Assembly: GCA_963707985.1 (NCBI GenBank)
Contig: CAVPRW010000014.1
Span: forward strand, 64,001 to 128,000
Length of the DNA: 64,000 bases
Direction of reading: 5' to 3'
DNA from: an uncultured Nitrospinota bacterium
Lineage (GTDB): Bacteria > Tectomicrobia > Entotheonellia > J063 > CAVPRW01
Numbering within the stretch: position 1 is the first letter of the stretch; each line of letters starts with the position of its first letter. Below are positions 1 through 11,970 of this stretch, piece after piece. Under the pieces are notes generated by a model. It was not told the DNA's origin. It made no database searches and saw only the letters and a list, made by a program, of their open reading frames with translations. The position numbers and the translations under genes were made by a program.

Positions 1-38
1 TTGCTGAACGGGTGTTGCCGGCGATCGCATAGGACCTT

Positions 39-677
39 TCACCGTCCGATCGCAGCCCTGCGCAGCGTGGTACCGCCGGCCCACAACCGGCGGCCATAGA
101 GGTCCCACAGCCGGTAAGCCAGGAGGACCCCCAGAATACCGCCATATAGCAGTGGTTGTTGGATATCGGCTTTGACCAGCCAGAGGTAATGCACTACCCC
201 GCCAATGGCAGTAACATACACCAGCCGGTGCAGGCGCTGCCACCATTTGCCGCCCAGCCGTTTGATCATGGCGGTCGTGGAGGTTACGGCCAGGGGGATT
301 AGTAGGACAAAGCTCGTGAAACCGACGGTGATGAAAGGGCGGTCCATGACGTCGGCAATGATGTCTTCGATCACGAAGAATTGGTCAAGCCAGATATACG
401 TCAAGAAATGCAGGCTGCCATAGAAAAAGGCGAACAGCCCCAGCATCCGGCGTAGCTGGATCAAGCGGTTCCAGCCGGTGAGGCGACGCACAGGTGTCAC
501 GGCCAGGGTGATCAGGAGCAAGCGTAGCGTCCAGATACCGGTCCGGTCGGTGATCTCGTCGATAGGATTGGCGCCGAGGTTATGACTCAGCGCCTGCCCT
601 GCCAATACCGCCAGCGGCAGCAGACAGGCGCCGAACGCACCAACCTTGAGCAGGGGCTGCTTCCACGCGTCCATCAT
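39..677 (-). CDS. msrQ: Protein-methionine-sulfoxide reductase heme-binding membrane subunit MsrQ (YedZ)
   Basis: Motifs LGANP, TGIWTLRLL, RRMLGLFAFFY..LH, LAVTST and WQRLHRLVY. Lies directly downstream of msrP. ATG at 677 follows GGAAGAGG (the ORF track starts at TTG 692). Confidence 0.95.
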   Translation of the reverse strand: MMDAWKQPLLKVGAFGACLLPLAVLAGQALSHNLGANPIDEITDRTGIWTLRLLLITLAVTPVRRLTGWNRLIQLRRMLGLFAFFYGSLHFLTYIWLDQFFVIEDIIADVMDRPFITVGFTSFVLLIPLAVTSTTAMIKRLGGKWWQRLHRLVYVTAIGGVVHYLWLVKADIQQPLLYGGILGVLLAYRLWDLYGRRLWAGGTTLRRAAIGR

Positions 678-693
678 GGCGGCCTCTTCCAAG

Positions 694-1653
<960 letters not shown>

Positions 1654-1876
1654 TGGGTTTCCCCTTCTTGTGACATTGTTAATCTAAATTCATCCACTGC
1701 TGTTGTCCTCACTACCACGCCACCTTTTCATATTGTCAACGTCAGGAGGGGAGAGAAGGTTCCAGCAGCACTGACTCCTTCTACATCACTTGACGAAAAC
1801 GTCTCTCGCATCATCTTATTTCCTCTTCAACCCATGCAGCTCGACTGTTGGTGGCACGGCAATAGGCTCCAGTCGG

Positions 1877-2953
1877 TCATTTGGGAACAGTTCCAACCAC
1901 GCCATCGACGAACCAATTCATGCCAAGCAAGATTTCGTCGGTCGGTTTTTCACCAGCGGCGATGCGCAACTTTCCGAACTGATCCTTGATGGGACCCCAG
2001 AAGACGTCGAAGTGGCCCGCCATCAGGTCCTGTTGGCGCTGTGCAACGAGGTTTTTGAGCGTATCGGTGACCACCGGCCCAAAGGGTGACAGCCTCACAA
2101 TGCCAGTGCCGATGGGCCACCAATCAGCGGTACTCTTCCAGGTCCCAGCGCGCACCTGCTTGACCGCCTCCACGTAATATGGCCCCCAGTTCCAGATGGC
2201 GGAGGTGAGGTGTTTGGTCGGAGCAAATTTGCTGGCATCAGCATTGAAGCCCACGCTGTAGGCTCCACGCCGCTCCGCTGTCTGCACGGGTGCGGGCGAG
2301 TCGCTCTGGGTAGCGATCACATCAACCCCGATGTCGAGCAGGCTATTGGCCGCTTCGCTTTCAGTCGCGGGATCATACCAGGCATTGGTCCAGACGACAT
2401 GGACACTGACTTCGGGGTTGACCGCACGCACCCCCTGCACAAAGGCATTGGTGATGCGAATCACTTCCGGGATGGGAATAGGGGCAACGTACCCGATGCG
2501 CTGCTTCTGCGTCACCGTGCCAGCTACCAGGCCGGCCAAGTAACTGGCTTGGTACATGCGGCCAAAGTAGGTGCCCATGTTGGCCCGGCGCTTATGCCCG
2601 GCGCAGTGGAGGAAGACGACATCGGGAAAGCGTTCGGCCACTTTCAGCATGGTATCCATATAGCCATAGCTGGTCGCAAAGATCACCTTGTGGCCGGCCC
2701 GCGCCAATTGCGTCAGCACTCGCTCCGCATCAGCCCCCTCTGGGACTGACTCGACATAAGTCGTCTTGACATCCGGTAGGGTGGTCTCCAGATATTTGCG
2801 CCCTTGATCGTGGGCATAGCTCCAGCCATAGTCACCGACTGGACCGACGTAGATGAACCCCACCTTCAGAGCCTCCGGTGTACCGCCAGCCGCGCCAAGG
2901 GCTGAGGCCAACAGGGTAATGACCATGACTGTAAGCGATTTTGCCGTTGTCAT
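1877..2953 (-). CDS. BMP-family ABC transporter substrate-binding protein (purine/nucleoside type)
   Basis: Signal peptide, then KVGFIYVGPVGDYGWSYAHDQGR, IFATSYGY and WYDPATE. Confidence 0.9.
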   Translation of the reverse strand: MTTAKSLTVMVITLLASALGAAGGTPEALKVGFIYVGPVGDYGWSYAHDQGRKYLETTLPDVKTTYVESVPEGADAERVLTQLARAGHKVIFATSYGYMDTMLKVAERFPDVVFLHCAGHKRRANMGTYFGRMYQASYLAGLVAGTVTQKQRIGYVAPIPIPEVIRITNAFVQGVRAVNPEVSVHVVWTNAWYDPATESEAANSLLDIGVDVIATQSDSPAPVQTAERRGAYSVGFNADASKFAPTKHLTSAIWNWGPYYVEAVKQVRAGTWKSTADWWPIGTGIVRLSPFGPVVTDTLKNLVAQRQQDLMAGHFDVFWGPIKDQFGKLRIAAGEKPTDEILLGMNWFVDGVVGTVPK

Positions 2954-3005
2954 GCCTTATGATGCCTCCAGTGGAAGAAAGGTTTCACATCTATCTACGT
3001 TGCCA

Positions 3006-3932
3006 TCACTCGCCTCGGATGTATGCCGTCCCCAACGCGGTTGGGGTGCCGGAGCGCCCCTGCGTCCTCCTGGTGCTGGCGATGAGCAAGGCCAGGATCG
3101 TGAAGGCATATGGTGTCATCATCAGCACATAGGTCGGCACGGCGAGGCCAATTGCCTGCAGGCGAAGTTGCAGGGCCTGTACCCCTCCGAAGAGGTAAGC
3201 TCCCAAAGCGGTGCCCAGCGGATTCCAACCGCCAAAGATCACCATGGCCAGGGCAACCCAGCCCCGGCCCGCCGTCATCTGGTCGACCCACATTTGCGTA
3301 TACGCCAGTGATAGATAGGCGCCCCCAAGTCCCGCCGCCAATCCTCCGGCCAACACACAGCTATACCGTACCGCCACGACGCTGATGCCCAGGGCGTCCG
3401 CACTCCTCGGCTGTTCTCCCACCGCTCTGAGCTTGAGACCCGGTTGCGTCCGATAGAGGAACACCCATAGACCGGGCAGCAGGAAGTACGTCACGTAGAC
3501 CAGGAGGTCTTGGTGAAAAAATATGCTGCCAAGGATAGGGACATCCACCAACCACGGGACCGCGATGGGAGCTAAACCCTGGGTAGGAACACCAATGAAC
3601 GGTCTTCCTATGAGGCCACTGAGGCCGGTGCCAAAAATCACCAACGCCAAGCCACTGCCGACCTGGTTGGCGTGCAGGCTGATGCTCAAGAAGGCGTGCA
3701 CAGAGCTCATGAGCACCCCGGCCACGGCAGCCGCTAACACTCCGACCCAGGGCTCTCCGCTCTGCTGGCTGACGATGAATCCGGTCAGGGCGCCGACCAG
3801 CATCATCCCCTCCACACCGAGATTGAGGATTCCAGCGCGTTCAGCCAGTAACTCCCCCAGGGCAGCGAGCAGGATAGGCGTGCCGGCGCGCACAGCCGCC
3901 TCCAGGAGTAATGGGACGAGCGCCAGCTCCAT
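3006..3932 (-). CDS. ABC transporter permease (nucleoside/sugar type)
   Basis: Motifs ERAGILNLGVEGMML, GLKLRAVGE and AGRGWVALAMVIFG. Confidence 0.92.
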   Translation of the reverse strand: MELALVPLLLEAAVRAGTPILLAALGELLAERAGILNLGVEGMMLVGALTGFIVSQQSGEPWVGVLAAAVAGVLMSSVHAFLSISLHANQVGSGLALVIFGTGLSGLIGRPFIGVPTQGLAPIAVPWLVDVPILGSIFFHQDLLVYVTYFLLPGLWVFLYRTQPGLKLRAVGEQPRSADALGISVVAVRYSCVLAGGLAAGLGGAYLSLAYTQMWVDQMTAGRGWVALAMVIFGGWNPLGTALGAYLFGGVQALQLRLQAIGLAVPTYVLMMTPYAFTILALLIASTRRTQGRSGTPTALGTAYIRGE

Positions 3933-3933
3933 C

Positions 3934-5001
3934 CTATCTGGTCTCCTTCCGCACCAACCGATAACTGATCAGGAACTCAACACCGAGGACCGCGAACAAG
4001 ATCAGTCCCTGCAGCAGATAGGCCACCGCTACCGGTAAGTTCATCGTAATCTGCAGCATATCGCTGCCAACCAGGAGGCCGCCGAGGAGCACGCTGACCA
4101 CGATAGTCGCCCAGGGATCGAGCCGCGCCAGCCAGGCCACGATAATCGCCGTATAGCCATAACCAGGGGAGAGCCCATGTTTGAGCTGTCCTTGGACACC
4201 GGCCACTTCACAGACACCCGCCAGCGCCGCCAATCCACCGCTCAGCGCCATGACCAGCCACGTGGTTCGGGTCAGGTTCATCCCGGCATAGCGTGCGGCG
4301 CTGGGGCTGAGGCCAATCATGCGGATCTCATAGCCGAGGCGCGTATGATTGAGCAGCACGGCCAGCCCGGCGGCCGCCAGTAACCCGAGCAGCAGGCCCA
4401 GGTGCATGCGACTCCCCGGCATGGACGGTAGGCGCGCCGTTGGGGCCAAGGGAGGCGCGAACGGGAAGCCAAACGCCCGAGGATCTTTCCAGGGGCCATA
4501 GACGAGAAAATCGACCCACAGAATAGCGATGTAATTGCACATGAGGCTGGTGATGATTTCATGCACACGCCAGCGGGTTCGGAGTACAGCCGGAATGAAG
4601 CCCCAGAACGCACCTGCCAAACATCCCACGACGATCATCAAGGGTTGGAGCAGGGGGGCGGGTAACGCAGGGTAGGTGAGGGCGATCCACGTCCCTCCCA
4701 TCGCTCCCATATAGAGCTGGCCCTCGGCCCCAATGTTCCAAACACCTGCGCGAAAGGCCACCCCAACCCCCAAGCCGGCAAGGAGCAGTGGGGTGGCTTT
4801 TACCAGCGTCTCGGAGAGACCATAGCCACTACCAAAGGCACCTCGCGCCATTTCCAGATAGGCTTCCCCTGGATGTGTGCCCACACACGCCAGCACGATG
4901 GCGCCCAGGAGCAGGCCGATGCCGATGGCCACAGCCGCTAATAGAGACGGCAGCCGTGACGACGGAGCGGGCCGCTTTTCCAACGCCACAGGCCAGCTCA
5001 T
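3934..5001 (-). CDS. ABC transporter permease (nucleoside/sugar type)
   Basis: Motifs WNIGAEGQLYMG, HEIITSLM.NY and GYGYTAIIVAWLA. Confidence 0.92.
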   Translation of the reverse strand: MSWPVALEKRPAPSSRLPSLLAAVAIGIGLLLGAIVLACVGTHPGEAYLEMARGAFGSGYGLSETLVKATPLLLAGLGVGVAFRAGVWNIGAEGQLYMGAMGGTWIALTYPALPAPLLQPLMIVVGCLAGAFWGFIPAVLRTRWRVHEIITSLMCNYIAILWVDFLVYGPWKDPRAFGFPFAPPLAPTARLPSMPGSRMHLGLLLGLLAAAGLAVLLNHTRLGYEIRMIGLSPSAARYAGMNLTRTTWLVMALSGGLAALAGVCEVAGVQGQLKHGLSPGYGYTAIIVAWLARLDPWATIVVSVLLGGLLVGSDMLQITMNLPVAVAYLLQGLILFAVLGVEFLISYRLVRKETR

Positions 5002-6545
5002 GGGCTGCGTTCCGCCAGCGTCGGACTGGCGAGCGCACGGCCACCCGACATCATCAACCCTAGTTGGGCAGCATCGGTTTCTGCCGCTCTGAAACAGGCA
5101 GCGATTTCTCCTGCATAGATAACGGCGATACGGTCGGCAAGAGTGATGAGCTCATCCAGGTCTTCAGAGATCAGGAGAGTGGCGCAACCTCGCTGGCGTT
5201 GCTCCAGGAGTAGGTGATGGATGGTCTCAACGGCGCTCACATCGAGCCCACGAGTCGGACTGCAGGCGATCAGCAGGGTGGGCTGTGTCGCGAGCTCTCG
5301 GGCCAGCAACAGACGTTGTTGATTGCCGCCCGATAGGACACTGGCCGGGGCGTCAAGCCGCGACACGTTCATCCCATATGTAGCGAGCAGACGGCGTGCC
5401 TCAGCGGCGGCCTGGGCGTAATTCAGAAAAGGCCCTTGGGCCAGTGGCGGCCTGCGGTAGGACTTCAGCAAGAGATTATCGAGGATGCTGGCGCGGGGGG
5501 CCAGCCCCATCCCCTGACGGTCCTCGGGGACATAACTCACACCGTGTCTGATAATCGTCTCGGGGCTGGCATTGGTCATGTCTGCGTCACTGATCCGCAC
5601 CGTGCCTGCCATCGCCCGTCGCAACCCAACGATCACTTCGGCGAGCTCACGTTGCCCATTACCGGCAACTCCTGCGATCCCCAGAATCTCCCCACGTCGC
5701 ACATCAAGAGAGGCTCGACGAAGGGCCCACCCCCCTCGGTCATTCTGGGCGCTCACCCCTGTCAGGGACAACTCCACCGGCGCCGCAGCCTGTGGTGGTC
5801 GACTGGGTGGGGCTGGCAGGTCGCCCCCGATCATCCAGCGTGCCAGGTCGGACTTACCGACCGCCGCCGGGACAGGGTTCGCCACCACCCGTCCATGCCT
5901 GAGGACTGTGATGCGGTCGGCAACGCTCAGGGCCTCGGCCAATTTGTGGGTGATCAGGATGACGGCGTGACCGGCGGCGGCGAGCTTACGCATCGTCTGC
6001 AAGAGGGCCTCGCTCTCCTGTGGCGTGAGCACGGCTGTGGGCTCATCCAGGATCAGGATGCGGGCGCGTCGGTGCAGGAGCTTGAGAATCTCGACGCGCT
6101 CCTGCTCACCGACTGACAGTTGCCAGACGTGGCTGTTGGGGTCCACCCCTAACCGATACTCCTCGGCAAGCTCTTGGACGGCAGCCGCCAACCACTTGCG
6201 GCGAAAAAACAGATGTGAGCTCGGGTCAGCTAGCGCGATGTTCTCGGCCACCGTGAGCGAGGGAATCAGTGTGAAGTGTTGGAAGACCATGCCAATGCCG
6301 GCACGAATCGCGTCCTTAGGGGAGCGTAGCACCGTCCGCTGGCCGTCGATCCCGATCTCACCAGCATCGGGCGACTGCAGACCATAGAGAACATGCATCA
6401 GCGTCGTCTTGCCGGCGCCATTTTCGCCGAGGAGGGCGTGGATCTCACCGGGATAGACGCGCAGATCGACCCGGTCGCAGGCAATGATGCCCGGAAAACG
6501 CTTCGTGATGCCACGCAACTCGGCCAGTGGGGAGGGATCGCTCAT
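4998..6545 (-). CDS. ABC transporter ATP-binding protein with tandem NBDs (CUT2 type)
   Basis: Walker A GENGAGKTT, LILDEPTAVL, second NBD GVAGNGQRE and LSGGNQQR. Probable start is MSDPSP at 6545 (the ORF track extends to 6620). Confidence 0.93.
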   Translation of the reverse strand: MSDPSPLAELRGITKRFPGIIACDRVDLRVYPGEIHALLGENGAGKTTLMHVLYGLQSPDAGEIGIDGQRTVLRSPKDAIRAGIGMVFQHFTLIPSLTVAENIALADPSSHLFFRRKWLAAAVQELAEEYRLGVDPNSHVWQLSVGEQERVEILKLLHRRARILILDEPTAVLTPQESEALLQTMRKLAAAGHAVILITHKLAEALSVADRITVLRHGRVVANPVPAAVGKSDLARWMIGGDLPAPPSRPPQAAAPVELSLTGVSAQNDRGGWALRRASLDVRRGEILGIAGVAGNGQRELAEVIVGLRRAMAGTVRISDADMTNASPETIIRHGVSYVPEDRQGMGLAPRASILDNLLLKSYRRPPLAQGPFLNYAQAAAEARRLLATYGMNVSRLDAPASVLSGGNQQRLLLARELATQPTLLIACSPTRGLDVSAVETIHHLLLEQRQRGCATLLISEDLDELITLADRIAVIYAGEIAACFRAAETDAAQLGLMMSGGRALASPTLAERSP

Positions 6546-6805
6546 ATGCCTGCCTGGCTCTCGCAACACGGACTGATGATATATTGCATGCCGCCTGGGC
6601 TGTGCTTTTGCTTCTATCATGGCTATGGATCTGGGTCAAGCCGCTTGTGTTCAGTCTGCCAACACGATATCTTTCCTAGCTGGTATCCGTCCTAGCGGGT
6701 GCATGGCATCGCTTCGGTAACCTATTCCGGCAAGCAAGAGCCTGAAAGCGAGAGCCTATCCGACCCGTCTTGCATGGGTATATAGCGATGAGCGGAGTAA
6801 GCAGG

Positions 6806-7465
6806 ATGGCAACCGTCCTTAGCCCAACAGACCAACGGGTCATCATGACGGGTGTGAGTTGGCAGACGTACGAGCGCCTGTTAGCGGATTTTCGCGACAG
6901 TCATGCCGCGAGGATGGCCTTTGACCAGGGAACATTAGAAATCATGGCTCCATCGTTTGCCCATGAGCGCCCGCTGCATCTGATCGTCCAAATTATTGAA
7001 ATTATTGCTGAAGTCCATAACATGGATATGGTCAGTGCAGGCTCAACGACTTTCAAACGCGAGAATTTGGGGCGAGGCTTTGAGCCGGATGCATCGTTTT
7101 ACATTCAGCATGCTGGCGATGTACGTAGTCATGCCGCGATCGATGTAGTTAGCGATCTTCCTCCCGACCTCGTGATCGAGATCGATATCACCCATCCCTC
7201 TCTCGATAAGCTCCCTATCTATGCCGCGATCGGCATCCCCGAAGTCTGGCGATATGCCGAACAGAGGAGCACGATCTACCGGCATCATGCTGACGGCTAT
7301 ACGGTTGAGGACAGTAGCACGGTGCTGCCTGGCGTCACAAGTCATCAGGTGACGCAATTGGTGGAAATGGGATACGAACTACCGCGTCCTACGTGGCTAC
7401 GCCATGTCCGGGCATGGGCAGAGGGTCAACTGCAGAACCCGGGAGGGGGGACAAGCAATATTTGA
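6806..7465 (+). CDS. Uma2/DUF820 family PD-(D/E)xK endonuclease-like protein
   Basis: Motifs VSWQTYERLL, GTLEIMAPS..HE, GSTTFKR, EPDASFYI, PPDLVIEIDIT and YAAIGIPEVWRY. Confidence 0.92.
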   Translation: MATVLSPTDQRVIMTGVSWQTYERLLADFRDSHAARMAFDQGTLEIMAPSFAHERPLHLIVQIIEIIAEVHNMDMVSAGSTTFKRENLGRGFEPDASFYIQHAGDVRSHAAIDVVSDLPPDLVIEIDITHPSLDKLPIYAAIGIPEVWRYAEQRSTIYRHHADGYTVEDSSTVLPGVTSHQVTQLVEMGYELPRPTWLRHVRAWAEGQLQNPGGGTSNI

Positions 7466-7541
7466 CACAAATGTCTTCCAGATAGGAGACCTTTCGCCGC
7501 TATGAATGCATCTTCGGTCCTCACTGGGAGGAGCAATGATC

Positions 7542-8286
7542 ATGTGTGACAAGCCAAAGCCATTCCAGGATGGTAGTCGGTTCGACCGCCGCAATTTCCT
7601 CAAAGTGCCGATAGCGGCCGCGGTGGGAGTCCTCAGTGGGAGTTTGGTTGGCAGCTTGGCCTATGCCGCGGCGCTGACTCGAGAACAACGTGACCAGATG
7701 ACGCCGGACGAAATCATCGCTGCAATGCAGCGCGGCAATGAGCGTTTTCGCAAGGGAGAGAAAGCCATGCGCAACTACCTTGCGGAACAGCAAGCCACCG
7801 TCACCGGCCAATATCCCGCGGCCATTGTCCTCAGCTGCATCGACTCGCGAGCGCCGGCCGAGGTGATCATGGACCTTGGTATCGGGGATATCTTCAACGC
7901 CCGCGTGGCCGGGAACATCGCCAACGATGACATCCTGGGCAGCATGGAGTTTGCCTGCAAAGTGGCCGGCTCAAAAGTCGTTCTGGTGATGGGCCATACA
8001 GTCGTGCGGTGCGATCAAGGGTGCCATCGAAAATGTTGAGCTGGGCTATCTCACGGGTTTGCTCGCCAAAATCCGGCCGGCGGTGCAAGCGACCGCTTTT
8101 GAGGGCGAACGCTCTTCCAAAAACCCCGCCTATGTGGACGCGGTGGCGATGAAGAATGTGGAACTCACCATGGTACAAATTCGAGGCAAGAGCGCCGTCC
8201 TCCGCGATCTCGAGTCGAAACGGGCCCTCAAGATCGTTGGGGCGATGTATAACCTCGACACGGCAACGGTAGACTTCTTCGCCTGA
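7542..8286 (+). CDS. Beta-class carbonic anhydrase with Tat signal (one frameshift near 8001)
   Basis: FDRRNFLK Tat motif, LSCIDSR and ARVAGN. Removing one G at ~8001 restores GHTSCGAIKGAI and joins ORFs 7506..8039 and 8059..8286. Confidence 0.9.
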
Positions 8287-8390
8287 TCGGTAGAGCAGTC
8301 TTCAACACGGCGGAGCACGCCGCAGGGTGGGATCGCTGCCCTTCAGCCTGGTGGGCCGCGCTTGGGCGAGGGTCCACGGGAAGGGGTGAT

Positions 8391-10122
8391 ATGATGGTCG
8401 CTACAGCTGCCTGGTTGACTCAACTGCGACGATGGATACTGAGCCGCGCCGGCCAGTTGCTCGGATACGTGTGGCTAGGCGCCCTGGGGGGCGCGCTCCT
8501 GCTCTTTGCCCACTACGCCTCTCAACGCTCATTGAGCGTCGAGGAATACGCCTTCGCTTGCGATCCCTTCGGGTACTTACGGATGGCCAAGGAGGTCCGC
8601 CAAGCCGTTGCCAAGCACGATCTGCCGCAATTTCACCTCGAATCGGGACAGACTCGGTTGCTGATCGGGCTGATGCTGTCACGGGAGGTCCCGCTGCCGT
8701 TGTGGGAGGAAATGGTCGCGCCGCACGCGCATCACTATTTTCCGCAGGCGGGGAGCGTCGGCGTGCAGTATCCTCCCGGTACCGGGTTGATGCTAGCCCT
8801 CTTCCCTGAAGGGCAGGCAATCCACGGCCTTAATCAGGCAACCATCGTCCTATTTGTTGTGACTGGCTGCTTGCTGCTGATCATTGCGGGGAGGCACCAA
8901 GCATGGTTCTCGGCGGGGTTCGTCACCATGGCCCTATATCTTGGACTGCTCATACTGCGGAATATCGGTACCGACAGCTACTCGATCAATGCCGTTATGG
9001 CCCCGCTGTTGCTGGGGTTCTTGTGCATATTCGCAGCCTTAGGGTGGCGCTCCCGGCCCGGAAGAGGTCATGTAGCGTGGGCCGCCGCTCTTGTGGGAGG
9101 TTGCTTGATCGGCTTCACCATCATGATTCGGTTACCGATGATATTCCTGATACCGGGCCTCTTAATGCTGCTTTGGCCGCAATCATGGCGCCCATCGATT
9201 GCGGGATTTACTGTTGCCCTTCAGCCTAGGCGTCATAGTGACCGGTGTCATGCCGCTGCTCGCCTATCAACACCATATGACGGGGGCTTGGTACCTTCCC
9301 ACCTATGGGAGCGCTGACAGTGCTCCTCCAAGCCTCGGACCGCTATGGGCGAACCTCGTTTACTACCTGGGAGGCGGTCGTGGCAGTCAACACAATTGGG
9401 CGCCGCTCGTTGTCCTCGTCGGGGTCGGTGGGTTCATCACCTATGGTCCCAGGCACATGGTGACCCAGCATCACCTCAGTTGGACGCGCCTTACGGTGTC
9501 CGCGCTGATACTATGGGGACTTCCGACCCTCTATTTTCTCACACATCACATCGCAATTTCTTACTATTCGATCCCCGCCACCTTCGGAGCAGTTCTCCTA
9601 GTGGCGTTGGGTGCGTTGACCATCGAATGCTGTTCGTCGCCTACGGCCTCTTACCCTCGCTTCGCTCATGCAGGCAACTTGCGCTGGGTGGCCCTGATCT
9701 TGGCCCTCCTTCCAGGCATGGTGACGTTAATCTCCTCAGGACGGGCCTATGCTCGTGGGGTGGCACCCATCGAGAGGCCGGCGCGCCATCTGGTGCTTCC
9801 CGCCGAGTTGTCCGCCGAGCCTGCCTGGGTTTGGGCCGACTTCCTCAGCGGCACGTTTTGGTATTATGGTAAGAAGTCGGCTTTCAAGATTGGTTTCACC
9901 ATCCCCGAGACACGGGCTCTGGCGTACCGCTTTGTCTTCGAGCGTGGAGAACCCCAATACCTTGTCCGTGATAGCACGACCATGCAGGACATCATGCAGG
10001 AGATCTTGCAGATGGGAGGAGAGCTCGAGCCCCGAGGTGAAGTCTACGGACACCCCTACTTTTTGATCCACTGGCCGAGAGGAGCCCTTATCAGCGTTCC
10101 TGTGCGCGACCCTGCTTCATAG
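8391..10122 (+). CDS. Multi-pass membrane protein, possible GT-C fold glycosyltransferase (frameshift near 9198)
   Basis: ORFs 8391..9317 and 9199..10122 join if one A at ~9198 is removed. Many TM helices; first loop has CDPFGY, followed by QYPPG and RLP motifs. Confidence 0.6.
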
Positions 10123-10338
10123 GCCGAGGAACAATGGTCGCATACTCACCACTGGCCCCACCGATCGAATGTGGGGGGCCATCTTCACACCCACTGTTGT
10201 GGCACGATTTTCCGTTCGATCGCCGTGGAGATGCCTCGATTTCACGGTGCCCGAAAGGAGGGAACCGCCTTGATCGGCAGCACCAAAACCCGCGCTCGGG
10301 GACAGGCTATGGTCCAAATCCGAAGTTGATTGCCCTGA

Positions 10339-11970
10339 TCACACCGGTGTTTCCCGATAAAATAATAAAACCAGGCCGATCAACAGGAGGGCCGACAGCG
10401 AGACCACACCTGCCAGGCGTCCGGCCGGTGGCGTCAATCGCAACTCGAGCCAGCGACCACAGGCCAAGATGACCGCCAACAGGCCAATGACGTTATGCGT
10501 GATCTGGATCAAAAACTCTTCTTTTGGCTGCAGGCCCTCATGCACATGTCCAAGCAGGAGGAGTCCTCCCACGGCACACAGCACGGGGATGACGTAGGGT
10601 AGACGAGAACCGCGCTCGCACCTGAGGCGTGCTTGCCACTCGATCAGGCCCAATGCACAGGCGAACAAGGCGCCGAGACGATGCAGCAGGATTTCATCGC
10701 TGGATAATAACCCCTCCCAGAAGCCTACCTGCCCGAACGGCCAGGAGCTTCTCCCCTCACTGTGTACCAGGATAAATAGGCTGAGGGCGACAAATCCCAA
10801 CGGCCAGTGCCGGGTCCAGGAGGCCCATCCCAACTGGGACCCCATGGCCGCCAGGGCCATGAGGACCAGAAACAGGCCGGAGACATTGTGGTTATAGTCA
10901 GACCAGCGCGTTTCCTCGTCATCGCTGCTGTCCAGGCCCGTGAATTCCTTGCCGGAGGGGGCCACCACCGCTTCGACATAGGCAGGGTCTATCAAACGCG
11001 GCACTTTGGGCCGGAAGACCTCGGAAAGTTCGGCCCAGGTAGCTTGCTGATCCTCCATATCGATGGCAGGGGGCTGGGTGGCCAGGCTGACGGCAGCGGC
11101 CAGCGTGGCGATCAACAGCAGCGTCTCCACCTCCACATAATAAGGCACACGCTGAAAGACACCCCCGGCACCATCACTGGGAAGGCGATGACGAGCGGCG
11201 CAGAAGTTGAGCGCGGCGAAACACAGGGCCGTCCCCAACAGTGCTACCTTGACCAGCACCATGGCCCCGTAGTCTGTGCCAATCAGGCCCTGCCAGGTGC
11301 CGATGTAGCCCCAGGCCAGCGGGACTCCAGTGGCCACTACCCCTAGCACCGCTGGACCACCGACCCAGGCGAAGCTCTTCAGCAACGCGGGCCACAGCGG
11401 TTTCAGGTGCGGTCGCTTACAGAGAAACCGCCACAGCAGGCCCAACTGGATGATCCCACCTAACCAGATGGCCACGGCTAGCTGATGCAGTGCGGTAAGC
11501 GTCATGAGCGTCGAGCGCGCCTCGCTACGCCCGACTGCGTGCGATAACCAGGCTCCATTGGCCGCCAGGAGTGCAGCTATCAGTCCTGTGAGCAGCCAGG
11601 GGAGTCGGGATCGCGGGCGCCGCCCCAGCCACAGACCCGCCATCCCCAGGCCCCCTGCCACCAGCGCACGACTAAGGCCGGCCTGGCACTGCAGCGTATA
11701 GACGTAGTCCGGAAATGGCCAGCGTTGAAACGCTTCTGCGAGGAGCCACGCATGCGTCACGAGCTTGGCCAGTTGCGCCACCACCATCCCCAGAGCACCC
11801 CAACGCATCAGCGCCAAGCTCTGGGAGGCGAGACCGCTTTCTGCTGGCAGGCCATCCCTCCAGGGCTTGAGCAGCAGCAGACTCCATACCATTCCCCCCA
11901 TGGCGCAGGCATAGGTGATGAGTAGCAGGTTCTTGAGAAACATGTCGAGCATGTTGGCTAGCGCTTGCAT
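10339..11970 (-). CDS. copD: CopD-family copper resistance membrane protein with C-terminal extension
   Basis: Motifs WLSHAVGR, LHQLAVAIWLGG, TDYGAMVLVKVALL, WSDYNHNVSG and LLLGHVH. Confidence 0.8.
   Translation of the reverse strand: MQALANMLDMFLKNLLLITYACAMGGMVWSLLLLKPWRDGLPAESGLASQSLALMRWGALGMVVAQLAKLVTHAWLLAEAFQRWPFPDYVYTLQCQAGLSRALVAGGLGMAGLWLGRRPRSRLPWLLTGLIAALLAANGAWLSHAVGRSEARSTLMTLTALHQLAVAIWLGGIIQLGLLWRFLCKRPHLKPLWPALLKSFAWVGGPAVLGVVATGVPLAWGYIGTWQGLIGTDYGAMVLVKVALLGTALCFAALNFCAARHRLPSDGAGGVFQRVPYYVEVETLLLIATLAAAVSLATQPPAIDMEDQQATWAELSEVFRPKVPRLIDPAYVEAVVAPSGKEFTGLDSSDDEETRWSDYNHNVSGLFLVLMALAAMGSQLGWASWTRHWPLGFVALSLFILVHSEGRSSWPFGQVGFWEGLLSSDEILLHRLGALFACALGLIEWQARLRCERGSRLPYVIPVLCAVGGLLLLGHVHEGLQPKEEFLIQITHNVIGLLAVILACGRWLELRLTPPAGRLAGVVSLSALLLIGLVLLFYRETPV

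Noticed and set aside
6806..7465. Uma2 nuclease as a defence system
   Set aside because: It is a solitary member of a commonly expanded family with no methylase or partner gene.
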